Below are positions 23,680 through 37,506 of a DNA stretch of 64,000 bases, piece after piece (the first letter of the stretch is position 1; each line of letters begins with the position of its first letter). Made by a program: the position numbers and the translations under genes. This stretch comes from Chlorokybus atmophyticus (lineage: Eukaryota > Plantae > Mesostigma and Chlorokybus algae): the NCBI GenBank assembly GCA_009103225.1, contig RHPI01000575.1, forward strand, positions 233,527 through 297,526, written 5' to 3'. Under the pieces are notes generated by a model. That model had not been told where the DNA came from. It saw nothing but the letters and a program-made list of their open reading frames with translations, and made no database searches.

Positions 23680-26509
23680 TGCATCGCCCGGGGTGTGGGT
23701 GGGGCCGATACGGGGAGGGACGACACGGAAGAAGCGGAGAGAGTTGCTGCGTTTGTGGGCGCAGCTGCATGTGTCGCATTGGCTCTCGAGCAGCGCACCC
23801 TCGTGTGGCCCACCTGCTGAGAGAGAAAGCAGGTGGGTGGGTGGGTGGGTGGGTTGTGACGACATCCACCGTGTAGGTCATCCACCTCTGTAATTCTCAT
23901 ACCCTGAATGATAGTTACTGGGGCACGGCAATGCTAGGGCGGGGAGAAATGCGATAGTGGGTGTTGGAGGTCTTAAATATTGAAGGGGCAGTTCCAAGAG
24001 CGGAGAGGAGAGGAGCACTAAGTTGATGAAAGCGCTGCACAGCAACACAAACAAACGGCCGCAACTTGTTGAACTTAGGGCGCATCCCCAGGAAGGAGAT
24101 CCATCAGCGCGAGGACTGAGCATCTTCCCAGCGAAGCACACGAACAGTCCGACCACAGCATTGGGGGAGCAGGTGCTTTGTGCACGAGGAAACACCTGCT
24201 CTGCTCTTAAGACGGTAGCAAAAACACACAATGTACGTTTCCTGTGCCTGCTATCGGATGTGCTAATACTAGCAAACTACTGGTACCCCCATCCATGCAC
24301 ACAGTCTGCAGCCAAGCTATGCGCAGTAGCTGACATTAGCAGGAGAAAAGGGAAAAGAGAAAAGACCTAAGCACTCGCTGCCAATCATCATGCATTGTCT
24401 CCATAATAGTAAAACCCAGACAGTCCGAAACAGGTCTGGCATAGAAGAAAAGGCTAGAGGAGAACAGCAGTCCGATACAACATGTGCCATATACTCAGCT
24501 GTGGGGAGGGCCTCCGGTAGAGGCCCCAATAAGCGAAGTAGTGGAGCCCGGAGCCGAGCGGCCGGCAGGGTGCCGGGGGTTGCCTGCAGTCTAGGCCATG
24601 CCGTTGACCACTGGAGAGTTAACGGCTTGCGTCGGCGCTGCGCCGTGGGCCCCTGGAAGTTCCAAGAGGGGGAGAGGTGAAAAGGAGGGGGGGGGGGGAG
24701 GGGGCGTCCTGATGTGTCATGGACCCGTCCCCGTGTTCATCACCGCCGGCCAGGCCGTCATCGGCCTGGTCGTCAATCAAAGCAAGTTAAGGCAATGAAA
24801 ATGTTATAAAATGCCGCTGCATCCGGCATATCAAATACTCCCCCATCCCCTCTCAGCTAATAGGCAAGCGGCTGGTTTGGGCGGAGCCCGATGCTAGCCG
24901 CCTTCCACAAACGCTCACCGCCAAGCTTGCCCTCCCCACTGCCCCGCCGACGCCGATGTAGACGACGTGTCTGCTAAACCAAATAAATTTTATGATCTGT
25001 GAAAAATTATCATATTTGTAAATGTTAGTATAGCACTTTTTGGTTATATGATGTACAACTTTTAATCCTACTACACGGTTTATAATATCAATGATAGCTA
25101 TTTATTGGTAACAATGTTAAAAATCGTGAGCATTATTGATACTACTGATTGCTTTAATGGCGATTATGAGTGAAATATGACACAAGTATGTTGATTAAAA
25201 ACATGTAAATTTAGGAAGTTGTAATATATTTATCATGTAACATTCAAGCAATTGAGATTTATATACACAAGCTTTATGAACATCAGCAGTTTGCAAAATT
25301 CAAGTAATGTATATTTCATATATAAAGCTCACTTCAATTGTAGTTGTTTATTATTAATGTTATTTTGAAGCGTTATGAAGTGCATAATGCAAGATGTTAC
25401 ACTAGTGTATGCTCGTTTATTACGGCATATCAATTGTCGTAACACGATGGACATTGTATGATGTGAATGATATTTCGGTTTGAGTCTCTTGTTAAGTACA
25501 ACCATTGGAGCAACTAGCATCATTTTAATGCACGTGTGCCAGAGACGAAAGGGGTGTTAGGGCAGCACACACGTCAATTTCATGCTTGATTAAGCCAAAG
25601 CATCAAGAATAGAGTATTGTATGCGAGCATCTACGCATGCAAGCATCTACCATATTGCCACATACATTACAACCCACATCCACATTCGGGCATTATCTTT
25701 CACTTCGACCCTTTCATTACAAGCGATGTCTGCATTTCAAGTAGCAGCGCCGATGAGTTTTGACGGTGTTGACCCGCCGTTGAAGTGCGTCGTTGTCGCA
25801 GACTGTACTATGCTGCATCGTACACTGCACAGGTCAGTGCGACGCTGAAGCGGTACGAGCGGTACAGCACAGCATTTTCGTACAACGCTGCGCAGCGGTC
25901 CTGTACGTCCTGTAAACGTCCTATACGGCGCTACTATTGCGCGCGTTACAGCATTGTTGCGGGTGCAGCGGTGTACAAGGTAAACGCTCGTGTGGCTGAG
26001 TGCGCGGCAGTGGGCTGTCTCGTAACCCAGCCCTAAATACCGATACTCCGACCCAACGGTTGCTACAGGTTACGACAATTCAGTTTTCGCTGAGTCCCTA
26101 ATTAAAAATACAGTTCTAGGCATTTACAAGTTGCATCATTTTTAGGTGGCAGTACGGTATTCTTGAAACCTTAAGCATCTCCCCTGTCAGCAAGGCCTGG
26201 GTAACTCCGTGGTTTTGCAGTCTGACTTCCTAACATTCCTTCCGAGAAGGGAATAGTCCCGCATCGGAGAGGGAAACTATTATAGACTGGATAGATTTTA
26301 TATTTGTTAAAGCCTTCCGAAAGGCGTACAAATGAGGGGTATGTTGCGGAAGTTGACGGAAGTATTGGTTATAAGCATTGCACACGCACGTGATACAATG
26401 ATAATGCCTTAATGTGCATAATACATACATGTTTCCATAGGTTAAAAGCCCCGCCGCTACAGACAGTGGCGGCTGCAGTGTGTAGCTGTGCGCCGTTGCG
26501 GTACGTTCT

Positions 26510-26570
<61 letters not shown>

Positions 26571-26661
26571 GACGTTGCACGTTGCCCTGCTGACGCTGCA
26601 TCTGCCATATCTGCAGGTCATCTTGAAGTGCCCTCTCCAGCCCAGCCTCATCCTTGACGCC

Positions 26662-27283
26662 ATGGCCTCGCTCGTGCGTCCCTGCATTCCTGCCAAGGCC
26701 CGTCTGCCCGTCTGCCTGCTGCTCCTCCTGCCGGTCCTGTGCTGCATCTTCTTGTCCGTTGGAGCCGACGCTGCTGCAGGTAAGCCAAGTGTTAGCGATG
26801 ACTGTGCATGTGCGTGTGTGTGCTGTCCATTACCTGTCAGTAGCAGCGACTCGCTAGGTTGTGGGTGTTGAGGCAATGAAGTTGTTTGTGTGCTTTGTGT
26901 GATCCGTAGGAGGCAGGCTGGTCCATGCAAGCGTTGCGCGGCGCCAACTAGCCACTGATTATTGCAATGGCCGTGCGTACAACACCGACTTCTACATCTG
27001 CTGCAACAACGTCGTCAGCTCCAAGGGTAGCAACAACGCCTGCTGCAACACCACCCCCTATAACACCAACTCCTACATCTGCTGCAACGACGTCGTCACT
27101 TCCAAGGGTAGCAACAACGCCTGCTGCAACACCACCCCCTACAATACCAACTCCTACATCTGCTGCAACAACGTCGTCACTCTCAAGGGTAGCAACAACG
27201 CCTGCTGCAACACCACCCCCTACAACACAAGCTTGTACAAATGCTGCGGCACCTATATCAGATCCATAGGCAGCTCTTGCTAG
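26662..27283 (+). CDS. Small secreted galaxin-like di-cysteine repeat protein; exons 26662-26779 and 26910-27283
   Basis: Signal peptide MASLVRPCIPAKARLPVCLLLLLPVLCCIFLSVGADAA; phase-1 GT-AG intron; three full YNTxxYICCNxVVxxKGSNNACCNTTP repeats plus a partial fourth. The ORF track missed it; paralogous to 52208-54232. Confidence 0.88.
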
Positions 27284-27929
27284 AGGAGTCTTACTGCTGA
27301 ATGTTTGTACAAAGCTGTACATGTGTATGTCACCCAGCAGACTCACTATCGCTGGAAGTCGTTGTGAGAGTTGAGTAGCCCAATGCATTTGTACTCTTTT
27401 TGGCATGTAGACCATGAGCATGCAGAGCCGCTCAGGGTTGATAGTTAACTTGTGACAACACGATGCAATGATTGTATCTACATGTATTAGGTAAACTCTG
27501 TTGCAGCCATGTGTGCATGTTTATGACCGCGCCTTCTGCACCGCGCCTCAACCGCAACAGACATCACCAATTGCAAGTCGGTCGGGTCAAGGTGGATGAT
27601 GCCCATTACATCGAGGCACGTAAGTGTGTGGTTAGCATGTTAACAGTGCTTGCTGCATTCATGACATTTTTACGTGGCATCAACCGCGTATGAATACATT
27701 GCCCAAGCAGAGCCCAACCTGCATGCATGATTTGGTTGGTGTGATACATGTTATGCAAACACGCCTTGAACATTGAAACGCTGCCCGTTTGATTGACGCC
27801 CATTGCACTAGTGCATGACATAAGGCTTGGGGTTACCCGTGGCTGGCTTTGCGTGTATGGAGATGATTTGTGGCAGCGTGCTCGCAGTGATGGTGAGAAA
27901 TAGTGCTGAGCACCAGCGGGTTGAAAGCG

Positions 27930-29461
27930 GCGCCGGGGCATGGTGAGGAAGATCTGACTTGAGCGCTGATGGGATATGTGCCTGGGATCAGCCGCAGAAA
28001 CTTGGTGGTGATGTCAGGCGAAGTGCTCGTCGTCGCGTCATCAAACATGCCGTCATTGTTAAAGTCCCATTTCAACACTTGATGGTTGCACGCGTCTGCG
28101 CCAGCGTCTCCATACAACCTCCCTTGCTCGCACACCCTAATGGTGGCCTCATCAAGGCTGCAAATGCACGAACAGCGTCTCAGCAAGGGCGTACTGGCAT
28201 TGGCACAGCAGTATCTCAGCTGCCAGTCGTGCATTGCATGCATGCGTCATATGCAATGTGCCCACTCACTAGGCAAATGTGCCAATAGTTGCCCTGCTGC
28301 TCGTGTCAATTCTAAACCACCACTTTCCCGCCTGCCAATGAGCATACAACGTGTGCATGCGCTGACAAGAGGAGGCTCAGAAACCAACAGAGTGCATGCT
28401 CACTTTCTTACCTGATCAACGTTGGATAGCATCAAATGAGGCGGTGGAGAATGAGGTGGGCAACTGGAATGAGCGTACATCATCATCAAGGTTGAATCCC
28501 GCTTGTGCTGCAGCTACATGCGCGCAAGCATTGCATGTGGACACGACGCGTGTTGCTTCAAGAGTGAGGGTACCATTCAGAAAAAAGCAAATCAGTCACC
28601 AGTGGGGTCTGCAAAGGTCAGCTCGGGGTAAAGTAAGCCTATGAAAACCGTGTGCTTGAACGCTATTACCGCTTGAAACGTGTATGGACCCTTGCTTGGG
28701 AAGAAAAACGGGTCACCTGCAGAGACTTGCGTTGTTACATAATAATGGCAACATGTGCACGCGCGCACATGGACACGAATGCAAGTGCGCATACACGCAT
28801 GTGCACACATGCACGCGGGCGTGTTCATACGTTAAACAATGTTGCAATGAGCGCGGACTCGGTGATGAAGCCCGTTGCGAGTGCTTCATTCGGGAAGGTG
28901 CCGCTCATATCGCTAGCGATGTCGGTGAGGACGGCGGCGTCATCGACAGCGCAGTAGGCCATGCCACCGCAACTGCTCTTATCGCAGTTGGCTACAAGGT
29001 CTGTCCAGAAAGCCGCTACCATGCTGACTTCAGCTCCGAGAGTGGGGAACACGTGGTCGAAGGAGGCGTAAGTATGACTTTGGCTTTGGAAGTGCAATGC
29101 GCCGTTGCTGTTGATGTACGCGCCGCTCAGACCGGATATGCCAAATCCAGGCACAGGATAAGGCAACGGGCTCAGATTTGAAACGATATCATCGCCCCTG
29201 CAAACAAGAGCTGTTAGTAGCACTGCATGGTCTGGCATAGCATGTGCTACAGCTCTCTACAGACGCACTAAATGAAATAGTACAAGTTGCGTCGTTGCGA
29301 TCCTACCCCTCTATGACGGTGTCGCCATTGTTGGCATCGAAGGGGTACAAGTCGTCAACGACCACTGCTTTCACAATAGAGCAGGCGTGCCCACTTAGCA
29401 ACACCAGCAGCAGCACCACCAGCAGTGGTAGCGACTGGGTGCATTTCTTTCCAGAAGCCAT
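27930..29461 (-). pseudogene. Secreted NIDO (nidogen/tectorin-like) domain gene with a PKD-like repeat, apparently frameshifted
   Basis: Exon 29461-29307 gives a signal peptide plus LYPFDANNGD. Exon 29197-28831 has GDD...YINSNGALHF...VAAFWTDL. Later exons contain TFQAVIA, AQAGFN, SNV and WDFNNDGMFDDA, but their phases do not reconcile. The 3' end is uncertain. Confidence 0.7.
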
Positions 29462-30758
29462 CTCTCTTGCTCACAATACGCTTAAGTACTTCCAGTGGAG
29501 CTATTACTACTCCCTGCCGCATCCGATGGAACACTAAAGGCAGGCACAGAGAATCACCCACATGCACACACAAAGCGCTTAACAACTCTGCGTACACACG
29601 CACACATACAAACAAAGCGCTACACGTACCGGTGATGATGGTTGCCGCTGCAAAAGAGGAGAGAAAGTCTGAGCTTTCACGTCACCGGCTTGCCGCTTGC
29701 GCCGGAATTGCTGGAGCTGTCTTACGTGTAGGCTAAGCTTGACAACCACGGGCAGAACAATGACAGCAAGTAGGCTACACACTACATGCTGACAAAGCCA
29801 TGGCACGGTAGGCTACGTGCTACAGAAGTCTGTCAGCAGTCAGGAGTTGGCGTACAGTCATGTTAGACTAATGTGTTAGCAGCCAGTATTATGTCGGCCT
29901 GCTACGCTGGTTGATTCAGTCGCTACCTTTGGGCATGCAATGCATGCTGCATGGCATGCAGTTGCATGCCATGCGGTTGCATGCCATGCCCATTGCCTCG
30001 GGTAGGCCGCACAATGCACCAATTGGTTCTGTGGGGGGTAACTTGCAGTATGTAGGCCTAAGTAAGTAAGCATAATCATTCTCCTCAGCCGGTGCTGTCA
30101 CCTTGAGAAATCGCAGCGTACGCGCCGCCTTCTTCCCGTGCTGCCTTAGGCTAGCGTGAGGTACTGTGCCTAGTGTAAGCTAGTGTGAGTCACACTGCGT
30201 GACCAACAGCATAACGACGTGACGTGCGTGACGTGCGCTCGAGTGTTTTGCCCATGTCCTGGGTACGGGTGAGGAGCTCAATGTTGCTGCGGGAGCTCGC
30301 TCCTCCAGCGATGTGCCCCGTTTTCATCAACGCCAAGGCAGCCCCATGGCGACGCCCCCATCCTTGCCCTCCTCCGCCCACGTCTACGACAACGACAGCC
30401 TGGAGAGGTGAGTCTGCCAACCTGTTAACGTCATGTTTGTTAATGGTCACGCGTCGCTTTTGAGAGACATTGACGATGCTCCCTCCTTACCTCACCCCAT
30501 TCTTTCTCTGCTCTTTATCATATCAATAGCTAATATGTGCTGAAGTGCACGTCTGACTGTTCGTCATCGTCCGGCGATGTCAAACCACCTATTTGGATGA
30601 AGCTGTGCCAGTGCACCATTGGCAAAAAGTTTGCTGATGGTGGGATCGGAGTCCGCACTACGGACCCTCGTGCGTGCAACGAGAAAAAAGGGTAACGCAT
30701 TAGACCATGGTTATGGGACATGGTTAACTGGCATGTGGCTTCTCCTATGGCAGCGACT

Positions 30759-30840
30759 TTTACAATAGCCTAGTGGTTAAGGCGCCAATGTTACAGTGGT
30801 AACGGAGCTGAGCGGCATATGTTCGAATCCCGCCCTACGG
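30759..30840 (+). other. Degenerate tRNA-like sequence (Pol III A and B boxes), possible SINE head or tRNA pseudogene
   Basis: A-box TAGCCTAGTGGTT at 30766 and B-box GTTCGAATCC at 30821. Acceptor and T stems do not pair. Confidence 0.45.
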
Positions 30841-33800
30841 GACGAGAACTACTAGTTGCCGTGAAATTCGATCCAAAAGCAAATATTAGTAAAGCAATGA
30901 TCCAAAAGCACCGCGCGGGGTTGCACCCGTTGAAGCGGTGGTGCTTATGGCGTACGACCGTCGGAGTGGTCGCGATTCACGCAATCGGTAGTCGGCACGC
31001 AATAACGAGGGTCCGGTCCCATGGGGACATGGATGAGGGTTAGCTACGGCGCTCGACTTGCACAGCCGCCGGTAGGTTGCGGCGAGCTCGATAGAACGTG
31101 AGGGATGATATTGACCCATGGATAATAAGTTGGGAGGAATGTCATACCAAGATGATCATGGGACATGGTATAATAGCATGTGGCTCCTCTTATGTCAGCA
31201 ACTTTTACTGCCATAGCATAGTGGCTCCAATGTTACACAATGCGGCCGCAACTTTGCTCGCTGCAGAATACTCAATATCAGATCAACGCACACACTTGCC
31301 TTTCGGAAGCCTCTCATAAGAAAAGTGTGTATGCGCGTGTGTGTGCATGTCTGTGCACGCGTGTGCTATGCAGATATTACTATTCCATCCTTGGGCATGC
31401 ATCGTCTAGTGAACCTTACCAGCGCTAAATTTCGAGTCTTCACAGGAGGGACAGCCATTGGCCAACGAGGGCAACAGCAATGAGAGCAAGGGTTGCACGA
31501 AAGCCAGTCCTACAGCCGTTTATGTTGTCGCTGTTTGTCAACTATGTTGATGAGAGGTTGCACATGTACATTGCATTAAACTTGTTGATAATGTACCGTA
31601 GGTTTGTCTACATTGTAGGTATGTCTGCACTGAGGTTGCCAATCATGTCGTAGTACCCGCATCATAAGTTGCTTCCCATGTGCAACATATGAACCTACAC
31701 AACCATTAAGGCGGGGACATGCAGATTGGTCTTCACTGCCAGAGTACCATTCTCGTATTTGTGAATTATGCCACGCTACATCTTTGCATCGCGTGATGAC
31801 AGCAATGTAGGGAGCGCGGTGCAAACCCGAAGCACAAAATGAATGCGGGACTTGCTTTTCTATCAGCATTGCATGTTGTCGAGCCCCTCTTTATGTCCAA
31901 AGACACTTTGCTTACTACCCCTGCGGTAGTTTTGTATCAATACACTCAACACTATAGCCCACCGCACGCAACTTGTTGAGCATGGAAGCGCGCTATATGT
32001 TCCGCGTCTATTGCGCCTTATCGGTCTTTAACGGAGGGTTTATATAACCTATACTTGAAATTGCTGTTGGAGCTAAGCATCTGCACGTACGCAAAGCCCA
32101 ATAATCTCATACTCATTATGTGAGTGGTATATGTACAGAGCAAGCAATTTGTAGTCGGCCAGATATCTACATACAGATTGTGAGGTGCACACTTTGTTGT
32201 ACAACAGCGGTTAAATTGTGGCACAACATGTGTAAAACTTGTGCTGCTCTTTAATGACAGGTGGGTCGTCGCTGAGACTCCAAGCTCGGAGTTGACGCAG
32301 CTGCTTATTGGCACAGATGCCCGCTTCCCGGACGCAAATGCACAGGTTTGGCGATACGAATGTCATGAGCAATGCTGCTTGCATACCACATCAAGAATAG
32401 ACATCAACTTGCTGCAATAAGCCAACATGGCCGCAACGGTTGCATTTTGATAAACCGCATGCGAGGGGATTGCAACACAAAAAATGGCCAACATGCTACA
32501 TTTCCTACATGCATGGCTACAAGCACGGCAACCAACACTCATCCGTCATGAATTGGGCCCAGCCCCAGTTGCTGAACAATTTTGTTGCCAACATTGTCTT
32601 CATACATGTCATGAGCATTTATTTAGCATGCTAGTATAAAGCTCCGGTTTTGCGAGCATTGTTGTATTGAACTTGTACATCCATCACATAACATGATTCA
32701 TGGTTCATGTTGCTCTGTGATTGACAATGTTAAGCAGATTGAAAAGCAGCATTGGGGAGTCGCTGCATCAGAATGCAATCGTGTCAACGGGTGGAGGCGC
32801 TTCAAGAGCCAATCATCAACATGATTGCATATGTCATTTGTTTCATCTTACGCGCATACAACTTGCAAACAACAAGGTAGCTTAAACACAAAGACTACCG
32901 GCTGGCTTTTCTCAGCAGCTTTATATCACAAACATCCCCTCTGGGTGCTTTTGAGGGGGATGTTCTTTGCCAGCAGTAGACATGTAGCAAAAGTTTCCAA
33001 GTCCAATTGCCGGGCATGCTGTTAAGTGATGTTTTCATCCACATTTCACAGGTCAGCGCTACAGTGCTCCGTTTCCCAAATGCGAGCAAGTTGTGACGGG
33101 TGCATTCCGTTGCTTAATGCAATGTATGACTCCAACTCGCCAATCACTGCATACAGTAACTTACCAACTTTGTTACCATTTTCATTGCACGCACGTGCTG
33201 TAGCAAATTGCAGATTCACTTGAACAGGCACAACAGACATTGTGCGTGATATATCGGCCAGATTCAAATCTCTACAGCATTACTCAACATAAACGTCGGT
33301 TTTAGGTGTTTTATATCTTGGTAATTAACGTACAATTGTCACACAATTTTTAGTGCTGCGCTTGAGTATGGGAGTTGAAAATGCACCATGCATTTGTGCG
33401 TGAATTAGTAGTGTTGATCATTTTGTGTCTGCATGGTAATTGAATCATATAGTCTTGCCACGCGCCATGCAGGATTTGAATCTGCTTTCACATCCTCTTT
33501 GTTAACTACACAGTTAGCTTAGCTCACAACCGGCAGTAATCAGCAGTCTTTTCCGTTTGACACATCACATCACATTACATCACATCACATTACATCACAT
33601 CACATGTTTAAAATGAGGACTTTAGGCCACGGTTGATATTGTAATTTTGACTATGTTACCATTTTAAGACAAAGCTTCGTCACCATTGCGTCGCCTTGCT
33701 CAACATCGTCATTCACCATGAAACTGCATATAAACCTTCCGCCGGCAGGTGTGCTGACCGGAAAGCGAGGGTCAGTGTCGACCTACAAACCGAGCTCCTG

Positions 33801-34075
33801 TGCAGCTGAGCGCAGCCAGCAGGTTATACCTGGTCCGAAGTGACTGACCTGAACCAGCAACGCCGGTTAAGAGCTGCCTAGAACAAACTTTACAATGGAC
33901 GCTGCCAACCGCGCAACCTTACACCTTACTCAGCCAAGCAAGGGGCAGCCTGAGCCATGAACTTGGCTTTCAATCAGGTCAGGGCAGGAAGGGGCGGCGG
34001 CGGCGGCGGCATTGAAGGACTCCGGCTGGTGGGCTTGAGAAGCAAAAGCAGAAGCAGCAGCAGCAGCAGGCAGCC

Positions 34076-34603
34076 ATGAACATTCCTGAAGGCGACAAGG
34101 GCTACTATCCCAATCAAGGAGTTCCTGTGCATGATGGCCAGGTCAGTTCCTCGTTCAGTATGTCGACAGATGCCATCTGTCGACATACAGTGCATCTGAC
34201 TCGTACTGTCTTGACTAGTACTTCGTTACTATACACATACCCCTACTGCGTCATACCTAGTAACTCTGGGGCTATCAGCAAGCAATTGAAGTGGACAATC
34301 AGCATGCAATCATGCAATGATGATGGTGAAAGTCCCCCCNNNNNNNNNNNNNNNNNNNNNNNNNNNNNNNNNNNNNNNNNNNNNNNNNNNNNNNNNNNNN
34401 NNNNNNNNNNNNNNNNNNNNNNNNNNNNNNNNNNNNNNNNNNNNNNNNNNNNNNNNNNNNNNNNNNNNNNNNNNNNNNNNNNNNNNNNNNNNNNNNNNNN
34501 NNNNNNNNNNNNNNNNNNNNNNNNNNNNNNNNNNNNNNNNNNNNNNNNNNNNNNNNNNNNNNNNNNNNNNNNNNNNNNNNNNNNNNNNNNNNNNNNNNNN
34601 NNN

Positions 34604-34674
<71 letters not shown>

Positions 34675-35836
34675 TGCGTGTGTGCGTGTGATGACTTTGC
34701 TGTCAACTCCGGCATTGATTGCACATGTGCAGGCCCAGAATGCGTCCAGCTATGTGCCGTCAGAGACATATGTGAATCAGGTGAGAAAGACGTAGTTGGC
34801 ACATAACTTGCAATAGCTGCATTGAGAAATTATATCTCAAACTCTTGTCTCTAGCACCATCAGTCGTGTTTGCCAAAGCCATGATCGTGCATGATGAAAC
34901 TCCATCTTGTGACGTGTGAAGCCCGGACACACGTTAATAGCCTCTTGGCGTGTACAGCAAGGCAAAGCAGGGCTTCGTAATGCTGTGTGTGCAGCCTGCG
35001 GCCGCTATTGAGTGATGGTCAAATGTACAGATTTGCCTCAGTTGCAACCGTGATGAATTCAGACCCACTGCCACCTACAACAGACGCTGTCATGCCTATG
35101 TTGTGCCTCCTGAATTACTGACTGCAAGTGGTATGTCATGACACCCAGACACTGCCGCCTGTAGTCCTTGTCCCCCACCCAACACAGCTCAAACTCAACC
35201 AGTGGCAGAGTGAGCTCACCGACTGCTGCGCCAACCCCGGCGGCTTTGGCCTATGTAAGTGCTGATACGATTACATGCGTGCAATTACGCGCACATACGT
35301 GTGGGGGTGTTGACTTTGTGCTTCAGAGGTAGTGCTGCACCCTGTGATGTGCGTGTCCATGCTTGCACATGTGTACGCGTGGGTGCTGGCATGCGTGTGC
35401 GCACGCATGCAGTGCTCTGCTGTTGGGTAACCGACCATCCAACCTGTCAGGTTGCTACGCGTGCTGGTGCACGTCGTGTTTGTACGGCCAGAATGTGGAG
35501 CTGCAGGGCAAGCCGGATGCAATATGCGGGGGTAGCTGTTTCGGCGCATGCCTGCTGCACTTCGTCTTGGGAGGGATGTTTAGCACGGCGGGTGCCATCT
35601 TCGGAATCCCCGTGTGCCCTCCCTTCAGCTGGATCGTCCAGATGGTGACCAGAAACCAGATCAGGACCAGGTATTCCCTTCCCCAGACTCCCTGCCACGA
35701 CTGCCTAGTCAGCTGCTTCTGCGCCTGCTGCGCACTCGCCCAAGAGAACCGCGAGCTACGGCGGCGAAAGGACGCCGCGCTGGTTGTCACGGGTGTGGCT
35801 GTAAACCCTCCTCCACCTCAAGCCATGTCCCAATGA
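34076..35836 (+). CDS. PLAC8/DUF614 family Cys-rich membrane protein; exons 34076-34141, 34733-34780, 35149-35254, 35451-35836
   Basis: Consistent GT-AG phases; QWQSELTDCC...CCYACWCTSCLYGQN...RNQIRTRYSLPQTPCHDCLVSCFCACCALAQENREL. Confidence 0.9.
34340..34603. other. Assembly gap (other gaps at about 46919-46928, 47803-47849 and 60297-60598)
   Basis: Runs of N. Confidence 0.99.
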
Positions 35837-37506
35837 AACAACGCAGAGTGTGGATGACAAAGGGAAGGTTGTGCCTTGTGCCCCGAGCAAGGGGCTCTGT
35901 CTTCTTGATGCCAGTGAAAGGGATGCATGCACTAGTTGCATGAATCTGGTACTTGCAGAGAGGTTGAGCATAATTTACTAGGCATTGATGAGACATCTTC
36001 CTTCCATCAAGCGAATTGCATTTGTACCTTGGTATGGTTGGTATGTAGTGCTGCTGCATCTGGGATACTTGCTATGTAACAAGCATCGCACAATGCCATC
36101 AAATAACTACCATAGGCAGGCGGAGGAGCAATGGCGCAGGTGCACAGTTGATTGTATGGGCTTGCACGCACGTGTGCGTGGTTCGCTTTCAAACTAGTGG
36201 CTCTGCTGCATGAGATGTGTAGGAGGCTAGTTGAAATCTGCCACTGTTTGTATGGCCAATCTGCCCTGCGTTTGTGTTTTTTTTTGTGTTTTACTTCAAC
36301 GCCACTTGTACCCATTGTTCACCACGGCATGGCCCAGGTGACTGCATGAAAGAGCAAAACGCCCACCACACGACCGGGGAGGGGGGGGGGGGGCGGCTGT
36401 GCCGCACAGATGAGCTGCATTTGACTCAAATAGGGTGTAATGGTCATCCTCACAGTTAAATGCAGCAGCCACTACCGCCGCTGCAGCACTGAGCTGGTCA
36501 TTTCGGAGGTAGCTGCAGGCTGAGACATGCTGAGATGGTCAAACTTGTTATGTAGCGCTAAATGTCCTCTGTAAAGACAATCACGTTTGTTCAACAACAA
36601 TAGTGTTATTGTTTGTGGTGGCGTTGTCGTTACCCGACTATCTAGGCATAACCTTTCTACGTCCACTTGGCATTGCTGCAATGCTGAGATTTGCAGCCGC
36701 ATGCGCAATAAAGTTGACAAGGCCTTGCTTCTGTGTTTGAGCCAACCTTTACTTGTTTTGCACAATTTATAAGGGCAAAATTGATGTAGGCAGTCTTACA
36801 AACCGCTCACCTTTGCATCCTTCTGACAGCGTTGGGCGTACTCAAGCAGTACTCGACCCACGAAATGACCACCCTTGCAACGTCAACTTTCTGATGATGA
36901 GTTACGAATGCACAACAAGGTTTTCAGATGATATTCATCTCCATGTGTATACATGTGGTGTGCCACACCATGTATAGTCTACTATCACCATTCAAATAGC
37001 ATTGGTTGTAGGCAAAGTCAATTCTATGATAAGGAATTCGGCTATGTGTATCAATCACTCGTACATCGCATGTGAATGTAGATGTCATTAACGAGGTCAC
37101 TCGCTACAATCCGTTATGACTTAAAGAATTGATTTGACGTGCTGCGCCTGTCGCCATTTGTCATCCATCGTAACAGAGCTGGCAAGCACTTGGGGCCAAT
37201 CCTGCATGAATACTGTCTACACATTGTGCGATGCTGTATGCCCAAGTACACTTCGTTGTACTGTACATAGCTTCTCATTTTCAAAACAAGCTAAGTTTAC
37301 ATTACAGTAACTCATGGATTGTGTAGTGTGTGTAGATTTACGGTTACATTGTATATACTTGATCCTAAGGCGTGCGTCCATGACACAGTAACAGTGACAC
37401 TGCATGTGTCATACACTCGGCTTTTAGAATGGGAAGCTGTAAGTCTGCACAGCAACAGTTCGTTGGCGTTGTAGCTGCGCACTGTCACACGCTGGTGCAC
37501 AAGGAA

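Noticed and set aside
23830-23855. (GGGT)n G-quadruplex-forming tract
   Set aside because: A simple tetranucleotide repeat with no supporting context.
30759-30840. Functional tRNA gene
   Set aside because: Acceptor and T stems do not pair; kept only as a tRNA-derived remnant.
34076-35836. PLAC8 gene nested inside an ARIA intron
   Set aside because: The ARIA exon chain closes with a stop at 39006-39008, so the PLAC8 gene lies outside it.
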